Of a DNA stretch of 64,000 bases, positions 39,193 to 48,593 are shown piece by piece. Under the pieces are notes generated by a model, which saw only the letters and a list, made by a program, of their open reading frames with translations, searched no databases and was not told the origin of the DNA. Origin of the DNA: Candidatus Electryonea clarkiae (lineage in GTDB: Bacteria > Electryoneota > Electryoneia > Electryoneales > Electryoneaceae); assembly GCA_030765455.1 (NCBI GenBank), contig JAVCCM010000101.1:28794-92793 (forward strand), in the 5' to 3' direction. The translations under genes and the position numbers were made by a program. How positions within the stretch are numbered: position 1 is the stretch's first letter; every line of letters starts with the position of its first letter.

Positions 39193-39718
39193 GATAATGC
39201 CTGAGAAGCTATGGTTTCCCCGATTATGTGAATACCCCGATATACATGTGTAACACCGAAACAATATGAACAGATGTGCAGTATATAATACTCACTTCTC
39301 AAGCGGCTGTCAAGTGAAATGACGACACTCCGTGTTATATAATGATAAAATTTGAAGGGAACTATCGGATAGTAAGAAGAGTATTTTACTATGTTCACGT
39401 TATCTTTTGGCGTGCGAGTCTCTTGAAATTCTATAATTACTTGACACTGCCGACAAGGTGAGACTATTTTGAAGTAGTTAATCCTACCAACACCCACAGG
39501 AGTTTAACCCGAAAATTTAGTTAAGGGTTTAGTCGAAATACTTTTTACCGCCAATTCGGTGCTTTAGAACCGAAAAATCCATGTTGTGTGCAAAATTCTG
39601 TTATTTTCAAAGATTAATAAGAACAATTATGACGAAATAATGCTATTGGATTGTATTTAATATCACTATATCATAACATTATCTGCAAATCCGATTATAC
39701 CGGATCAAATTATTGTAG

Positions 39719-42700
39719 ATGACGATTATGATTGAAAAAATGGCAGTTATCATGAGAAAGTTTAATATAGTTATTCCGGTTTTCCTGTTTTGCATTCCAG
39801 CAATGCTGTTTGCAACGACAGGACTCCGTGTAATTGAAGATACTCAGTCCGGTCTGGTGGTGAGAGTAACCCCTGATGACTGGCATCGATTCGAATTAGA
39901 AGATGGATTTATCCCTATTCCAGCTGGAGCAGGTGTTGATAACAGAGAAAATAGTCTGGCGGTTCCGTACTACCGCACTTTAATCGGATTGCCCTCTAAT
40001 AAATTACCGGCAATTCAGGTTGAGAAGATTCAATGGGGTGAGTGGGCTGCTGCTAATATTAAGGAAGGCAAAGAACAACCAAGAAATCAGCGTATTCCAG
40101 TACTGGATAACGGACAGCCTGTTATAGTCGGCAAGCCTTTTCTCTGGCGCGGCAAATGGGTTACGGATTTATATGTAATTCCTGTCCGGATAGATGGAAA
40201 AGGCGTTAGAAAGCTAAAAGATTTACAGGTGCGTGTAACATATAAAGGAAACAACCAGGGTGGATTATCGCAACCCGACAGGCTGTCAGACAAGATTCTC
40301 CTGAATCATGAAGCGTCAAGATTATGGTCTGCCGCTGAGTCAAAACCGTTATTTCGCCGTTCGCAATCCTGGGTTGAATATGATGAATTAATACGCATTG
40401 AAATTGAGGTTGAAGGTATTTATGAAATAAACCGTGAAACTTTGCTTCGTTCGGGTATAGATCTGGGCGGTTATGATCCGCGGAGTTTCAGGATTTATGG
40501 AAATGGCGGGTTTGTTCTTAACGAAAATATTGGCTCTTCCCGCGACAGCACATTGATTGAGAACGCAATTGTTGTTACCGGAGAGGACGACGGCTCCTGG
40601 GATGAAGGAGATAAAATACTCTTTTATGGACGCAGCGTGAACAGTTGGGATGCACATCAGCCGCCGGGAGAATACAGGCATTCAAATAATCCGTTTACGA
40701 TGCGAAATGTTTATTGGCTGGTAGTACCTCCATTAGGAAGTGCAGACGGGAAAAGGATGGAAACTATCGGTACAACCCGTCCGATCACATACGAGGCTAC
40801 GGTAGCACGTTCGAGAGTATTTTCCGAGAATGATAATTTTATTCATCATAGTATCGACAATCCGGAATCTGGAAAAAACTGGTATGCTGCTGACTTATAT
40901 GGCGGCGATAGATATACGACTAATTTTCAACTCGATCAACCTCACCCAGAACAAGAGGCGGTCTTGTTGCTTGGACAGAGAAGGATTCAACGTGATGGGA
41001 ATGCACTTATCAGGGTGCTGATAAATGGAATAGAAATAGAATCATATTCCTTGACAACAAGTGTGCATTCTATAGATATACCGGCGGGAGTGCTGAATTC
41101 AGGTTCCAATACGTTTTCTTACCAGGTTGAACGTGTAGATGCTGATAAACCCGGGCATAGCCTGTTCGACTGGTTTGAGATTAACTACCTGAGATCTTTT
41201 GAAACATCCCTGAGTTCAATTGCCTTTGATCAGCTTCCTGATGACGGTGTTGCAAGTATCAAGCTGCATGGCTTGGATGCACCCTGGGTATTCGATATAG
41301 AGGATTTTGAAGAAGTCCAACATATTCGGTCCGACAGTTTTGCAGTTGAAGCTCAAGTGACTCGGCCTCGAAGATACCTGGCAGTTTCAGATGGTGAATT
41401 TCTTACACCATCATATATATCAAGGGACGACATCGGGTATGGCGAATATCCTGACGGTCTTCGCGACCAATCATTAAATGCAGATTATTTAATGATTGTC
41501 CATCGCGATTTCTGGGAAACTGCCGCAGCGCTTGAAAGCTATATCGAGGAACGTGATAATATTGAAGTAATGAGAGTTCTTGTATCTGATATTTATGATG
41601 AATTTTCATGGGGGTTATTGGATCCCACAGCGATCAGGGATTTTCTGAAATATGCCCTATATGATTGGACGGACTCTGACCCGGTTACCTGTCTTTTCAT
41701 TGGTGATGGAGATTATGACTATCGTAATCTTATCCCCGGTGATGACAAGAACTTGATACCACCTTATGAAAACAACCAGGAATCGCGAGATGACTGGTTT
41801 GCAGAGTTCGACCCCTCCGGCGGCGAACCGGAATACATTATGGGGCGGCTTCCGTTTCAATCTAACCAGGAACTGGATAACTATGTCAATAAATTGATGT
41901 CCTATGAAAGCGATACGGAACGGGGAGCATGGCGGAACAGGGTTATTGTCGTAGCCGATGACGAATACGGTGAAGGTGGCCCAAATTCTTATGACAAAAC
42001 CCATTTGCAATATTCAGAAGCATTATCCCGTGATCACATTCCGAATTATGTAGAACTCGAGAAAATATATATTGGTACTTATCCGACTGAATTTGATCCG
42101 TCAACCGGTGAACGGCGTAAACCTCTTGCTACTCAAGAGTTGATCGAATCATTAAACCGGGGAGCATTGGTTGTAAATTACATGGGGCATGGGAATGCCC
42201 ATGTCTGGGCGCACGAATCTCTCCTTTTAGATACTCGCGACAACATTCTTATTAACAGCGGATTAAGAGAGCCGATATACGTCGCAGCCACTTGCTCCTG
42301 GGGACATTTTGACAGACCAAACAATGAAGCTTTTTTCGAAATGCTTTTAGGACGGAAGGGTGGAGCGATTGGCGCCGTTGCCGCCACAAGGAACACAAGT
42401 GGCTCTGGAAATTTAGTGTACGTCCAGGAATTTTATGCGCAGTTTTTTGACCGGATCAACAGGCGAACACTTGGTGAAAGTGTATTGCTTGCCAAGATAA
42501 ACGTTGAAGGGCCTACAAACCGTTATTATCATTGTTTCTCTGAACCAAACATGATTCCCGCTGTTCCCGGTCTTGACATGATAGTAACTGATATAAACCC
42601 GGACAGCCTTGTTGCGCTTCAAATCGGGAAAGTTCTTGGCGAGGTTCGTGAGATTAATGATGACAATCCGGTCACAGATTATAATGGCGAAGCAGTAGTA

Positions 42701-43618
42701 ACTGTTTTTGACAGTTATGATTCTTTAACCTACACATTCTTTGACGGCTCTACTATGAGTTACAGGATGCCGGGCGGGATCCTCTTCAGAGGTCGCTCGA
42801 CAGTCGGAAGCGGCGACTTTCTTTCAACCTTCATGGTTCCTCGAGATGTTAGTTATGGTTCTTCTGACAGTTGGATCCAGATGTTCGCATCTGACGGCAA
42901 TAAGGATGCTGTAGGCTCAAAACAGGGTGTAGAGATCGCTGCGATCTATGCGGATGAATTTGGCGACAATACTCCACCCGAGATCAATATTTATTTTGAT
43001 CACCGTGGTTGGCAGGATGGTGACATGACTACTCCACAACCAACACTGATAATTGATCTGGTCGATACAAGCGGTATTAATTTGACCAGTGAAATCGGGC
43101 ATGATATCAAAACGGTGGTGGATCCGGGAAAAGCGAATGAGATAACCTATAATCTCACCGAAGATTTTATTTATGAACGTGATAGTTATACTCGTGGAAC
43201 GGCTGAGCATATCATCACTGGATTGGGAGACGGCAGACACGAGCTTGAGGTCTGGGCATGGGACAATGCTAACAATATGGCTCGCAAGGAAATTCTGTTT
43301 ATTACGATAGGATCTGGCGAGGATGTCAGGCTTGAGAATGTAGTTAATGTTCCGAATCCTTTCGAAGAGAGGACTCATTTTACATTCGAAGCTATTGGTG
43401 CGGATGAAGCAGTGATAAAAATTTACACAGCGAGCGGTCGCCATATAAAAACCATAGGTCCACAAACAATTTACAATGGTTTCAATTATATAGAATGGGA
43501 TGGGTTTGACCATTATAATGATCAAATCGCAAACGGCGTTTATCTTTATAAAGTAAAAGTAACAGATTCCTCCGGTCATGAAGACGAATCTATTGGGAAA
43601 CTGCTTCGTATCCGTTAA
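39719..43618 (+). CDS. porU: Type IX secretion system C-terminal signal peptidase PorU (peptidase C25 family) with its own T9SS C-terminal domain
   Basis: C25 motifs YLMIVHRDF...VTCLFIGDGDYD, catalytic His in YMGHGNAHVW and Cys in ATCSWGHFD. C-terminal CTD (VPNPFEERTHFTFEA...NGVYLYKVKV). 1299 aa. The signal peptide probably starts at the internal ATG 39752. Confidence 0.85.
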   Translation: MTIMIEKMAVIMRKFNIVIPVFLFCIPAMLFATTGLRVIEDTQSGLVVRVTPDDWHRFELEDGFIPIPAGAGVDNRENSLAVPYYRTLIGLPSNKLPAIQVEKIQWGEWAAANIKEGKEQPRNQRIPVLDNGQPVIVGKPFLWRGKWVTDLYVIPVRIDGKGVRKLKDLQVRVTYKGNNQGGLSQPDRLSDKILLNHEASRLWSAAESKPLFRRSQSWVEYDELIRIEIEVEGIYEINRETLLRSGIDLGGYDPRSFRIYGNGGFVLNENIGSSRDSTLIENAIVVTGEDDGSWDEGDKILFYGRSVNSWDAHQPPGEYRHSNNPFTMRNVYWLVVPPLGSADGKRMETIGTTRPITYEATVARSRVFSENDNFIHHSIDNPESGKNWYAADLYGGDRYTTNFQLDQPHPEQEAVLLLGQRRIQRDGNALIRVLINGIEIESYSLTTSVHSIDIPAGVLNSGSNTFSYQVERVDADKPGHSLFDWFEINYLRSFETSLSSIAFDQLPDDGVASIKLHGLDAPWVFDIEDFEEVQHIRSDSFAVEAQVTRPRRYLAVSDGEFLTPSYISRDDIGYGEYPDGLRDQSLNADYLMIVHRDFWETAAALESYIEERDNIEVMRVLVSDIYDEFSWGLLDPTAIRDFLKYALYDWTDSDPVTCLFIGDGDYDYRNLIPGDDKNLIPPYENNQESRDDWFAEFDPSGGEPEYIMGRLPFQSNQELDNYVNKLMSYESDTERGAWRNRVIVVADDEYGEGGPNSYDKTHLQYSEALSRDHIPNYVELEKIYIGTYPTEFDPSTGERRKPLATQELIESLNRGALVVNYMGHGNAHVWAHESLLLDTRDNILINSGLREPIYVAATCSWGHFDRPNNEAFFEMLLGRKGGAIGAVAATRNTSGSGNLVYVQEFYAQFFDRINRRTLGESVLLAKINVEGPTNRYYHCFSEPNMIPAVPGLDMIVTDINPDSLVALQIGKVLGEVREINDDNPVTDYNGEAVVTVFDSYDSLTYTFFDGSTMSYRMPGGILFRGRSTVGSGDFLSTFMVPRDVSYGSSDSWIQMFASDGNKDAVGSKQGVEIAAIYADEFGDNTPPEINIYFDHRGWQDGDMTTPQPTLIIDLVDTSGINLTSEIGHDIKTVVDPGKANEITYNLTEDFIYERDSYTRGTAEHIITGLGDGRHELEVWAWDNANNMARKEILFITIGSGEDVRLENVVNVPNPFEERTHFTFEAIGADEAVIKIYTASGRHIKTIGPQTIYNGFNYIEWDGFDHYNDQIANGVYLYKVKVTDSSGHEDESIGKLLRIR

Positions 43619-43915
43619 CTTACGAAGTTAGGCACAAGTACGGTAGAAAAGAATTTTCAGTATTTGCTGTTTTAAATTGAACTTGTATTATGATAGATAT
43701 TCTTGCGGTAGTCTGTGTAATTGGCTTGTATAAGTAAAATATAAACAGGTCTGTAATTTGCTGTAACTATTGATTAAGGTATTCAGCAAATTCATTTCTG
43801 AGACTGGATTTGGATTTTCTTTGGAAATACTCTGGATATAAGGTTCAGGGGATTGGTAATATTATAGATAGGTCATTTAGTGAACATTTATTCTCAAAGA
43901 TACATGGGGCGAAAT

Positions 43916-45013
43916 ATGGGTAGGAAAGCTGTTCTTCGTGAACGCGCTCATGTGATTGTTATAGCGCTTGTAGTATTGCTGTGTACGTTTACCGCGGTAA
44001 AAGATGCCGCCGCTGTTTCTGTTTCACAGGCAGGTGTTCTATTCCTTAAAATCAGTCCGGGCGCTCGTCCCGGTGGAATGGGCGAAGCATTTGTAGCAGT
44101 TGCCGATGACGCAACAGCTACCTGGTGGAATCCAGCCGGATTGGCATATCAGGATCATAATGAGTTGACACTGATGCATGTTAATTGGCTGCCGCAATTC
44201 AAGCTCGAAGATCTTTACTACGATTTCATCAGTTATGTGCACTTAGTTCCCGAGTGGGGGACTTTTGGCGGCAATCTCGTTTTTCTGAATCTGGGCGAAA
44301 CAGAACGGCGAGGCGAGAACAATGAATATCTTGGCACATTTTCCTCTTATGAATATGCCGTAACAGGCAGCTATGGTTCATTGATGACGGAAAAGCTGGC
44401 TCTTGGTGTTAATATGCGATTCATTTATAGTCATCTTTCCGACAGAGGTGCCGGTGCGGAACAGGGTTCTGGAGTCGCAACGTCCATAGGGGTTGATATT
44501 GGTATGATTGCAAAAGGTCCGTTTGGATCCTGGTATGATCCTCTTGAACGTCTTGACTTAGGTGCAAATTTATCCAATATGGGACCAAAGGTCGCATATA
44601 TAGATCGTGCCCAGGCTGATCCACTTCCCACAAACCTTAAGTTCGGATTCGCCTATCATGTGGTTGACAGTCCTTATAATAAATTGTCTCTCATCGGCGA
44701 TGTTAATAAAGAACTTGTTCGCCGGGATGACAAGGGTGACTCTGATCCGTTTTATCTTGCACTGGTTTCCGCATGGGGTGATGGGCCATTCTTTCCAACG
44801 ATGATTTATAATGCCGGGATAGAGTACTGGTACAGTGATCTTATAGCATTGCGAGGTGGGTACTGGAATGATGATCTCGGCAAGATCTGGCCAATAACAT
44901 TCGGCGCCAGTCTGCAATATTCTCTTTACAGATTCGATTTCTCATACATTCATGCCGGTGAAGGTCATCCCCTGCAGGATACAATGCGATTCAGCCTTTC
45001 AATAGGGTTCTGA
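43916..45013 (+). CDS. porV: T9SS outer-membrane shuttle protein PorV/LptO family
   Basis: Signal peptide. PorV signature GARPGGMGEAFVAVADDATATWWNPAGLA. About 365 aa FadL-like barrel. Immediately after porU. Start at one of the ATGs 43880, 43904 or 43916. Confidence 0.85.
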   Translation: MGRKAVLRERAHVIVIALVVLLCTFTAVKDAAAVSVSQAGVLFLKISPGARPGGMGEAFVAVADDATATWWNPAGLAYQDHNELTLMHVNWLPQFKLEDLYYDFISYVHLVPEWGTFGGNLVFLNLGETERRGENNEYLGTFSSYEYAVTGSYGSLMTEKLALGVNMRFIYSHLSDRGAGAEQGSGVATSIGVDIGMIAKGPFGSWYDPLERLDLGANLSNMGPKVAYIDRAQADPLPTNLKFGFAYHVVDSPYNKLSLIGDVNKELVRRDDKGDSDPFYLALVSAWGDGPFFPTMIYNAGIEYWYSDLIALRGGYWNDDLGKIWPITFGASLQYSLYRFDFSYIHAGEGHPLQDTMRFSLSIGF

Positions 45014-45170
45014 TAAATTTTGTGTTGAGTTTTTGAGAAGATATCAAAAGGTAGAAAATTGAAACGACCCTGTTCTTTGGAAATCCTGGGGGGGTAGTTG
45101 TACCGGGGCTTCCAAACGATTCGGGGCAGAACAAGAGCAGCTTGACAACCTTAGGATTTATCACCCCGAT

Positions 45171-48100
45171 ATGAAATTTCTGTTCCAAAAAAATCTCGCT
45201 GGTATTATTTTCTTGTGTGTGTTTTTCACTACATCGCATTTATTGTATGGAAAAAACATTGATGATAAACTAAACCTCAATCTGTTCCAAACGCTTGGTT
45301 CCCAGGAGCAAAGTTTTAATTTCAATTCAGTTAATGACATTAGACGAGATTATCTGGCAGAGACCCTGACAATAATCGCAATTCGTGTGGATTTTTTGCC
45401 GGACACCCTTGCCACGACTACCGGGACCGGTTCATTCTTTTATGAGCTTCCGGATTCTATCGAACCGGAAGAATGGCAGATTGATCCACCTCCTCACGAC
45501 AAACAATATTTCAAAGATCAAATTCTTGCGCTGCATAATTATTTCAAACGGTTCAGTCGCGGAAAACTTAATATTGTTGGGAAAATATATCCTGAAGAAG
45601 ACCAGGACGCTTACACACTTGACTATCCAATCTGGCATATTAATTATGGCGATGATGACAATGACCGTCTTAATCGTACCCTTACTGAGTTGTTTGTTGA
45701 TTCATGGGAAGCAGCCCGTGAAGATCTTGAAGCTGATGGTGTTACTGTAAACGATTCGACTCTCTTCGTCATTTTTCACGCCGGAGCAGGGAACGAATTT
45801 GATACCGGTTTTGATACCACTCCACATGATATCCCTTCTGTTTACATTGGTCCGGAGGATCTGGAAACTTTTGCTGATCTCCCTGATGCCGGAATTCCCC
45901 TGGGAAATGACCTGATTACACGTGGAGTAATTTTGCCCGAAACACAACGTCAGGGTGATGTTGAAGTTGGAATGATCGGGACAATATGCACACAGGTCGG
46001 TTTTTTAATGGGTATGCGACATCTTTATCAACCTGATACCGGCGATCCGGGAATAGGGTTGTTAGGATTAATGGATCGTGGATTCGGTGGTTTTTTCGGA
46101 TTCGGTCCTATTCCACCAAGTGTCTGGGCAAGAGCTTACATGGGGTGGGACAGCGTAAAGGTTGTAGAGGAAGGACCAATCGAACTTATCGCCCAGCAAT
46201 GGCTTGATACACTTTTTACTGAACCGGATACTAATTATCATCTGGTAAAAGTACCAATCAATAATGATGAATATTATCTGCTTGAAGCCAGGCTTCGTGA
46301 TCCTGAAGAAGACAGTGTGACTGTTGCTTACGACCGTGATGGTCGCCGATTGACCATGAATTACGATTATTCCTTTGAAACCGGTGATGGTTTTCGTGTA
46401 CCGGTATGGGTAGAAGATCATGATTTCGACTTTCCATCAAGCGGCATTCTTATCTGGCATATTGACGAGAGTGTGATCAGGGAAAAAATCGATGAAGACC
46501 GTATACAGGAAGATCGTAATCGCAGGGGCGTCTCCCTTGAGGAAGCTGATGGAAGTGAAGATATCGGCGAGGATTATCCATTCCTAACACCAGGTGATGG
46601 TGCCGAATACGGAGTGCGCGAAGACGCCTGGTACGCGGGGAACAAAGTATGGCAGCTTGCAAACAATAATGCTCGCGATGTGGTTTTCGGACCCTATACC
46701 AATCCTTCAACAGCAGCAAATTCAGGTGGAGCAAGCCATATAATATTCGAAAATTTCACTGTTCTCGGCGATACTATGTCCTGTGAAGTAAGCAATGCAT
46801 GGAAGCAGGGCAATTTTCCACAGAATTTAGACTGGAATCCCGGAAGCCAGGTATCGTCCACATTCGCCGACTTGACAGGTGATGGGATTGATGAATTGGT
46901 TCTGTATGATTCAAAAGGGAAGATCCGGTTTTTCTATGGCGACGGTTCGATGCCTTTTAACATTGATCAGACCTATGATCTACCTATAAACAAGATATCT
47001 CATCTTATTGCTGCTGACCTGGATAATGATGGATCGGATGAATTGATCATCGCTGGAGATGCAACGCTTCTGATTCAAAAATATTCTGACGCCGGCGTTT
47101 TGGTAAATGAGGGTGATCCATTTCAATTTGGTCAGCAGGAAATGATATCGTTGACGATTTCAGGACCAGAGGTAGAGCCGGTTATAAATGTAGCATTGAA
47201 AAATCAAAATGAGGATATATGCCGGATTTATTCCATTTATCGTGATCCTGCCGGATATAATCATAGATATATCCAGATTCCTGCAACAGCCCATCTCAGA
47301 TTCGCATTGCTCGGTAGTGAATGGACTGATACGCTTGCAGTGGTTGACAACAAGGGAAATTTGTCGATATACAGAGTCGAAAGTTTCCAGGAGCCATCTG
47401 AATTATTCAGGACTCCAAATACCGAACCATTTGAAACAATCAATTATCTCATATCTGGTGATTTCGATGGCGATAACATGTGGGATATAATGGCATCTGC
47501 ATCCAACGGTAATTTGATTTTCTGGTGGGGAACGGAGGATTGGAGCGAGCCTCATGTTCATCAACTCGAAAAACAGTTATGGAAATACACTGCTTTTGAT
47601 ATTGATGACGACGGTGTAGTAGAACCGGTAGGTATTAGCGGAGATTTTCCGGTAGAAGTGGTTGGAATTGAACCCGGTGGAATTTTCTCCGAGGATACAC
47701 CGATAAGGCTCCCGGAAGGAACACATGCTTCAGGTGCATCTCCCTTAATAATAAATCAGGGTAACCGTCAAAATAAGCTAATGATTTGCGCTGCTCAACT
47801 TGACGATACACTTGGACATGGTGTTGTCGCTACAAATCTTCATTTGAAACGACCTCTTTCCGGCTTCCCGCTTGATTATGGGAGTAATCAGACTAATCTA
47901 AAAATTACAATCGGTCAGATTGATGATGACAGCGATATTGAATTAGTTATGACTTCAATCGCTTCCGGAGGTTTGAAAGTAATCAACATTCCATCCGACC
48001 CAGGAACGTCACATGAAATTCTATGGGGCATGGAAGGCGGCAATCCCCGGCATACATATCATATTTTTTCTTCACCTTCTTCAGTTTCAGGTCTGTCTTC

Positions 48101-48368
48101 AACGGATCTTGAAAATTCATACTGTTGGCCCAATCCGGTGATAGAAGATGTGGCGCATTTTCGGTTCCAGTCAAATTCATCTGGAAATGCGGAAATAAAA
48201 GTCTTCGATCTTGTCGGACGAGAAGTACTCGTGAAGAAGCAGGCAGCAAGGCTTGGAAACGATCAGGAGATTGCCCTCGATGTCAGCAACCTCCCGAGTG
48301 GTGTATATTTAGCCAGGCTTGAGGTAGGTAGCAATTCTACTTTAATACGGTTTGCGGTGGTGCAATAG
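45171..48368 (+). CDS. T9SS-secreted 1065 aa protein: signal peptide + inactive M6 (InhA)-like pseudopeptidase domain + FG-GAP/VCBS beta-propeller repeats + T9SS C-terminal domain
   Basis: VIFHAGAGNEFDTG and GTICTQVGFLMGMRHLYQPD sit where M6 enzymes have the HEFGHDLGLPDLYD motif, so the HExxH is lost. FG-GAP motifs ADLTGDGIDELVL, AADLDNDGSDELII, SGDFDGDNMWDI, AFDIDDDGVVEP and IGQIDDDSDIELV. CTD CWPNPVIEDVAHFRF...SGVYLARLEV. Confidence 0.8.
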   Translation: MKFLFQKNLAGIIFLCVFFTTSHLLYGKNIDDKLNLNLFQTLGSQEQSFNFNSVNDIRRDYLAETLTIIAIRVDFLPDTLATTTGTGSFFYELPDSIEPEEWQIDPPPHDKQYFKDQILALHNYFKRFSRGKLNIVGKIYPEEDQDAYTLDYPIWHINYGDDDNDRLNRTLTELFVDSWEAAREDLEADGVTVNDSTLFVIFHAGAGNEFDTGFDTTPHDIPSVYIGPEDLETFADLPDAGIPLGNDLITRGVILPETQRQGDVEVGMIGTICTQVGFLMGMRHLYQPDTGDPGIGLLGLMDRGFGGFFGFGPIPPSVWARAYMGWDSVKVVEEGPIELIAQQWLDTLFTEPDTNYHLVKVPINNDEYYLLEARLRDPEEDSVTVAYDRDGRRLTMNYDYSFETGDGFRVPVWVEDHDFDFPSSGILIWHIDESVIREKIDEDRIQEDRNRRGVSLEEADGSEDIGEDYPFLTPGDGAEYGVREDAWYAGNKVWQLANNNARDVVFGPYTNPSTAANSGGASHIIFENFTVLGDTMSCEVSNAWKQGNFPQNLDWNPGSQVSSTFADLTGDGIDELVLYDSKGKIRFFYGDGSMPFNIDQTYDLPINKISHLIAADLDNDGSDELIIAGDATLLIQKYSDAGVLVNEGDPFQFGQQEMISLTISGPEVEPVINVALKNQNEDICRIYSIYRDPAGYNHRYIQIPATAHLRFALLGSEWTDTLAVVDNKGNLSIYRVESFQEPSELFRTPNTEPFETINYLISGDFDGDNMWDIMASASNGNLIFWWGTEDWSEPHVHQLEKQLWKYTAFDIDDDGVVEPVGISGDFPVEVVGIEPGGIFSEDTPIRLPEGTHASGASPLIINQGNRQNKLMICAAQLDDTLGHGVVATNLHLKRPLSGFPLDYGSNQTNLKITIGQIDDDSDIELVMTSIASGGLKVINIPSDPGTSHEILWGMEGGNPRHTYHIFSSPSSVSGLSSTDLENSYCWPNPVIEDVAHFRFQSNSSGNAEIKVFDLVGREVLVKKQAARLGNDQEIALDVSNLPSGVYLARLEVGSNSTLIRFAVVQ

Positions 48369-48470
48369 ATTATGAAAACGATTATAGAAAAAGAGTTTTA
48401 TGCAATAAACATAATATCGCATCTAATTCATGTCATCATTAGTACTGCGATTCATCTGATTCAGTGCGTT

Positions 48471-48554
48471 GTCATTCCTGCGAAGGCGGGAATCCAGAGA
48501 GCGAGCATTATTGTGAAATTGAACTTTCTGGATTCCCGCCTTCGCGGGAATGAC
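48471..48554. repeat. REP/MITE-like palindromic element: 27 bp arms GTCATTCCTGCGAAGGCGGGAATCCAG / CTGGATTCCCGCCTTCGCGGGAATGAC, 29 bp spacer
   Basis: Perfect inverted repeat. A second full copy at 53963..54039 and partial arms at 52983 and 53913. Translates to the artefactual peptides PAKAGIQ and SRLRGND. Confidence 0.75.
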
Positions 48555-48593
48555 ATCTCGATTGAGCGGAATTGGTGTACTATCACTGTTTCA

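Noticed and set aside
39189-39497. 102-aa minus-strand ORF
   Set aside because: Overlaps the small gene at 38938..39192 in another frame. Cys- and Tyr-rich with low complexity and no RBS. Likely noise in the promoter region of porU.
48372-48593. Upstream 74-codon extension of the Omp85-like gene containing PAKAGIQ...SRLRGND
   Set aside because: Reads through the palindromic REP-like element. The real start is taken as ATG 48594, which is followed by a signal peptide.
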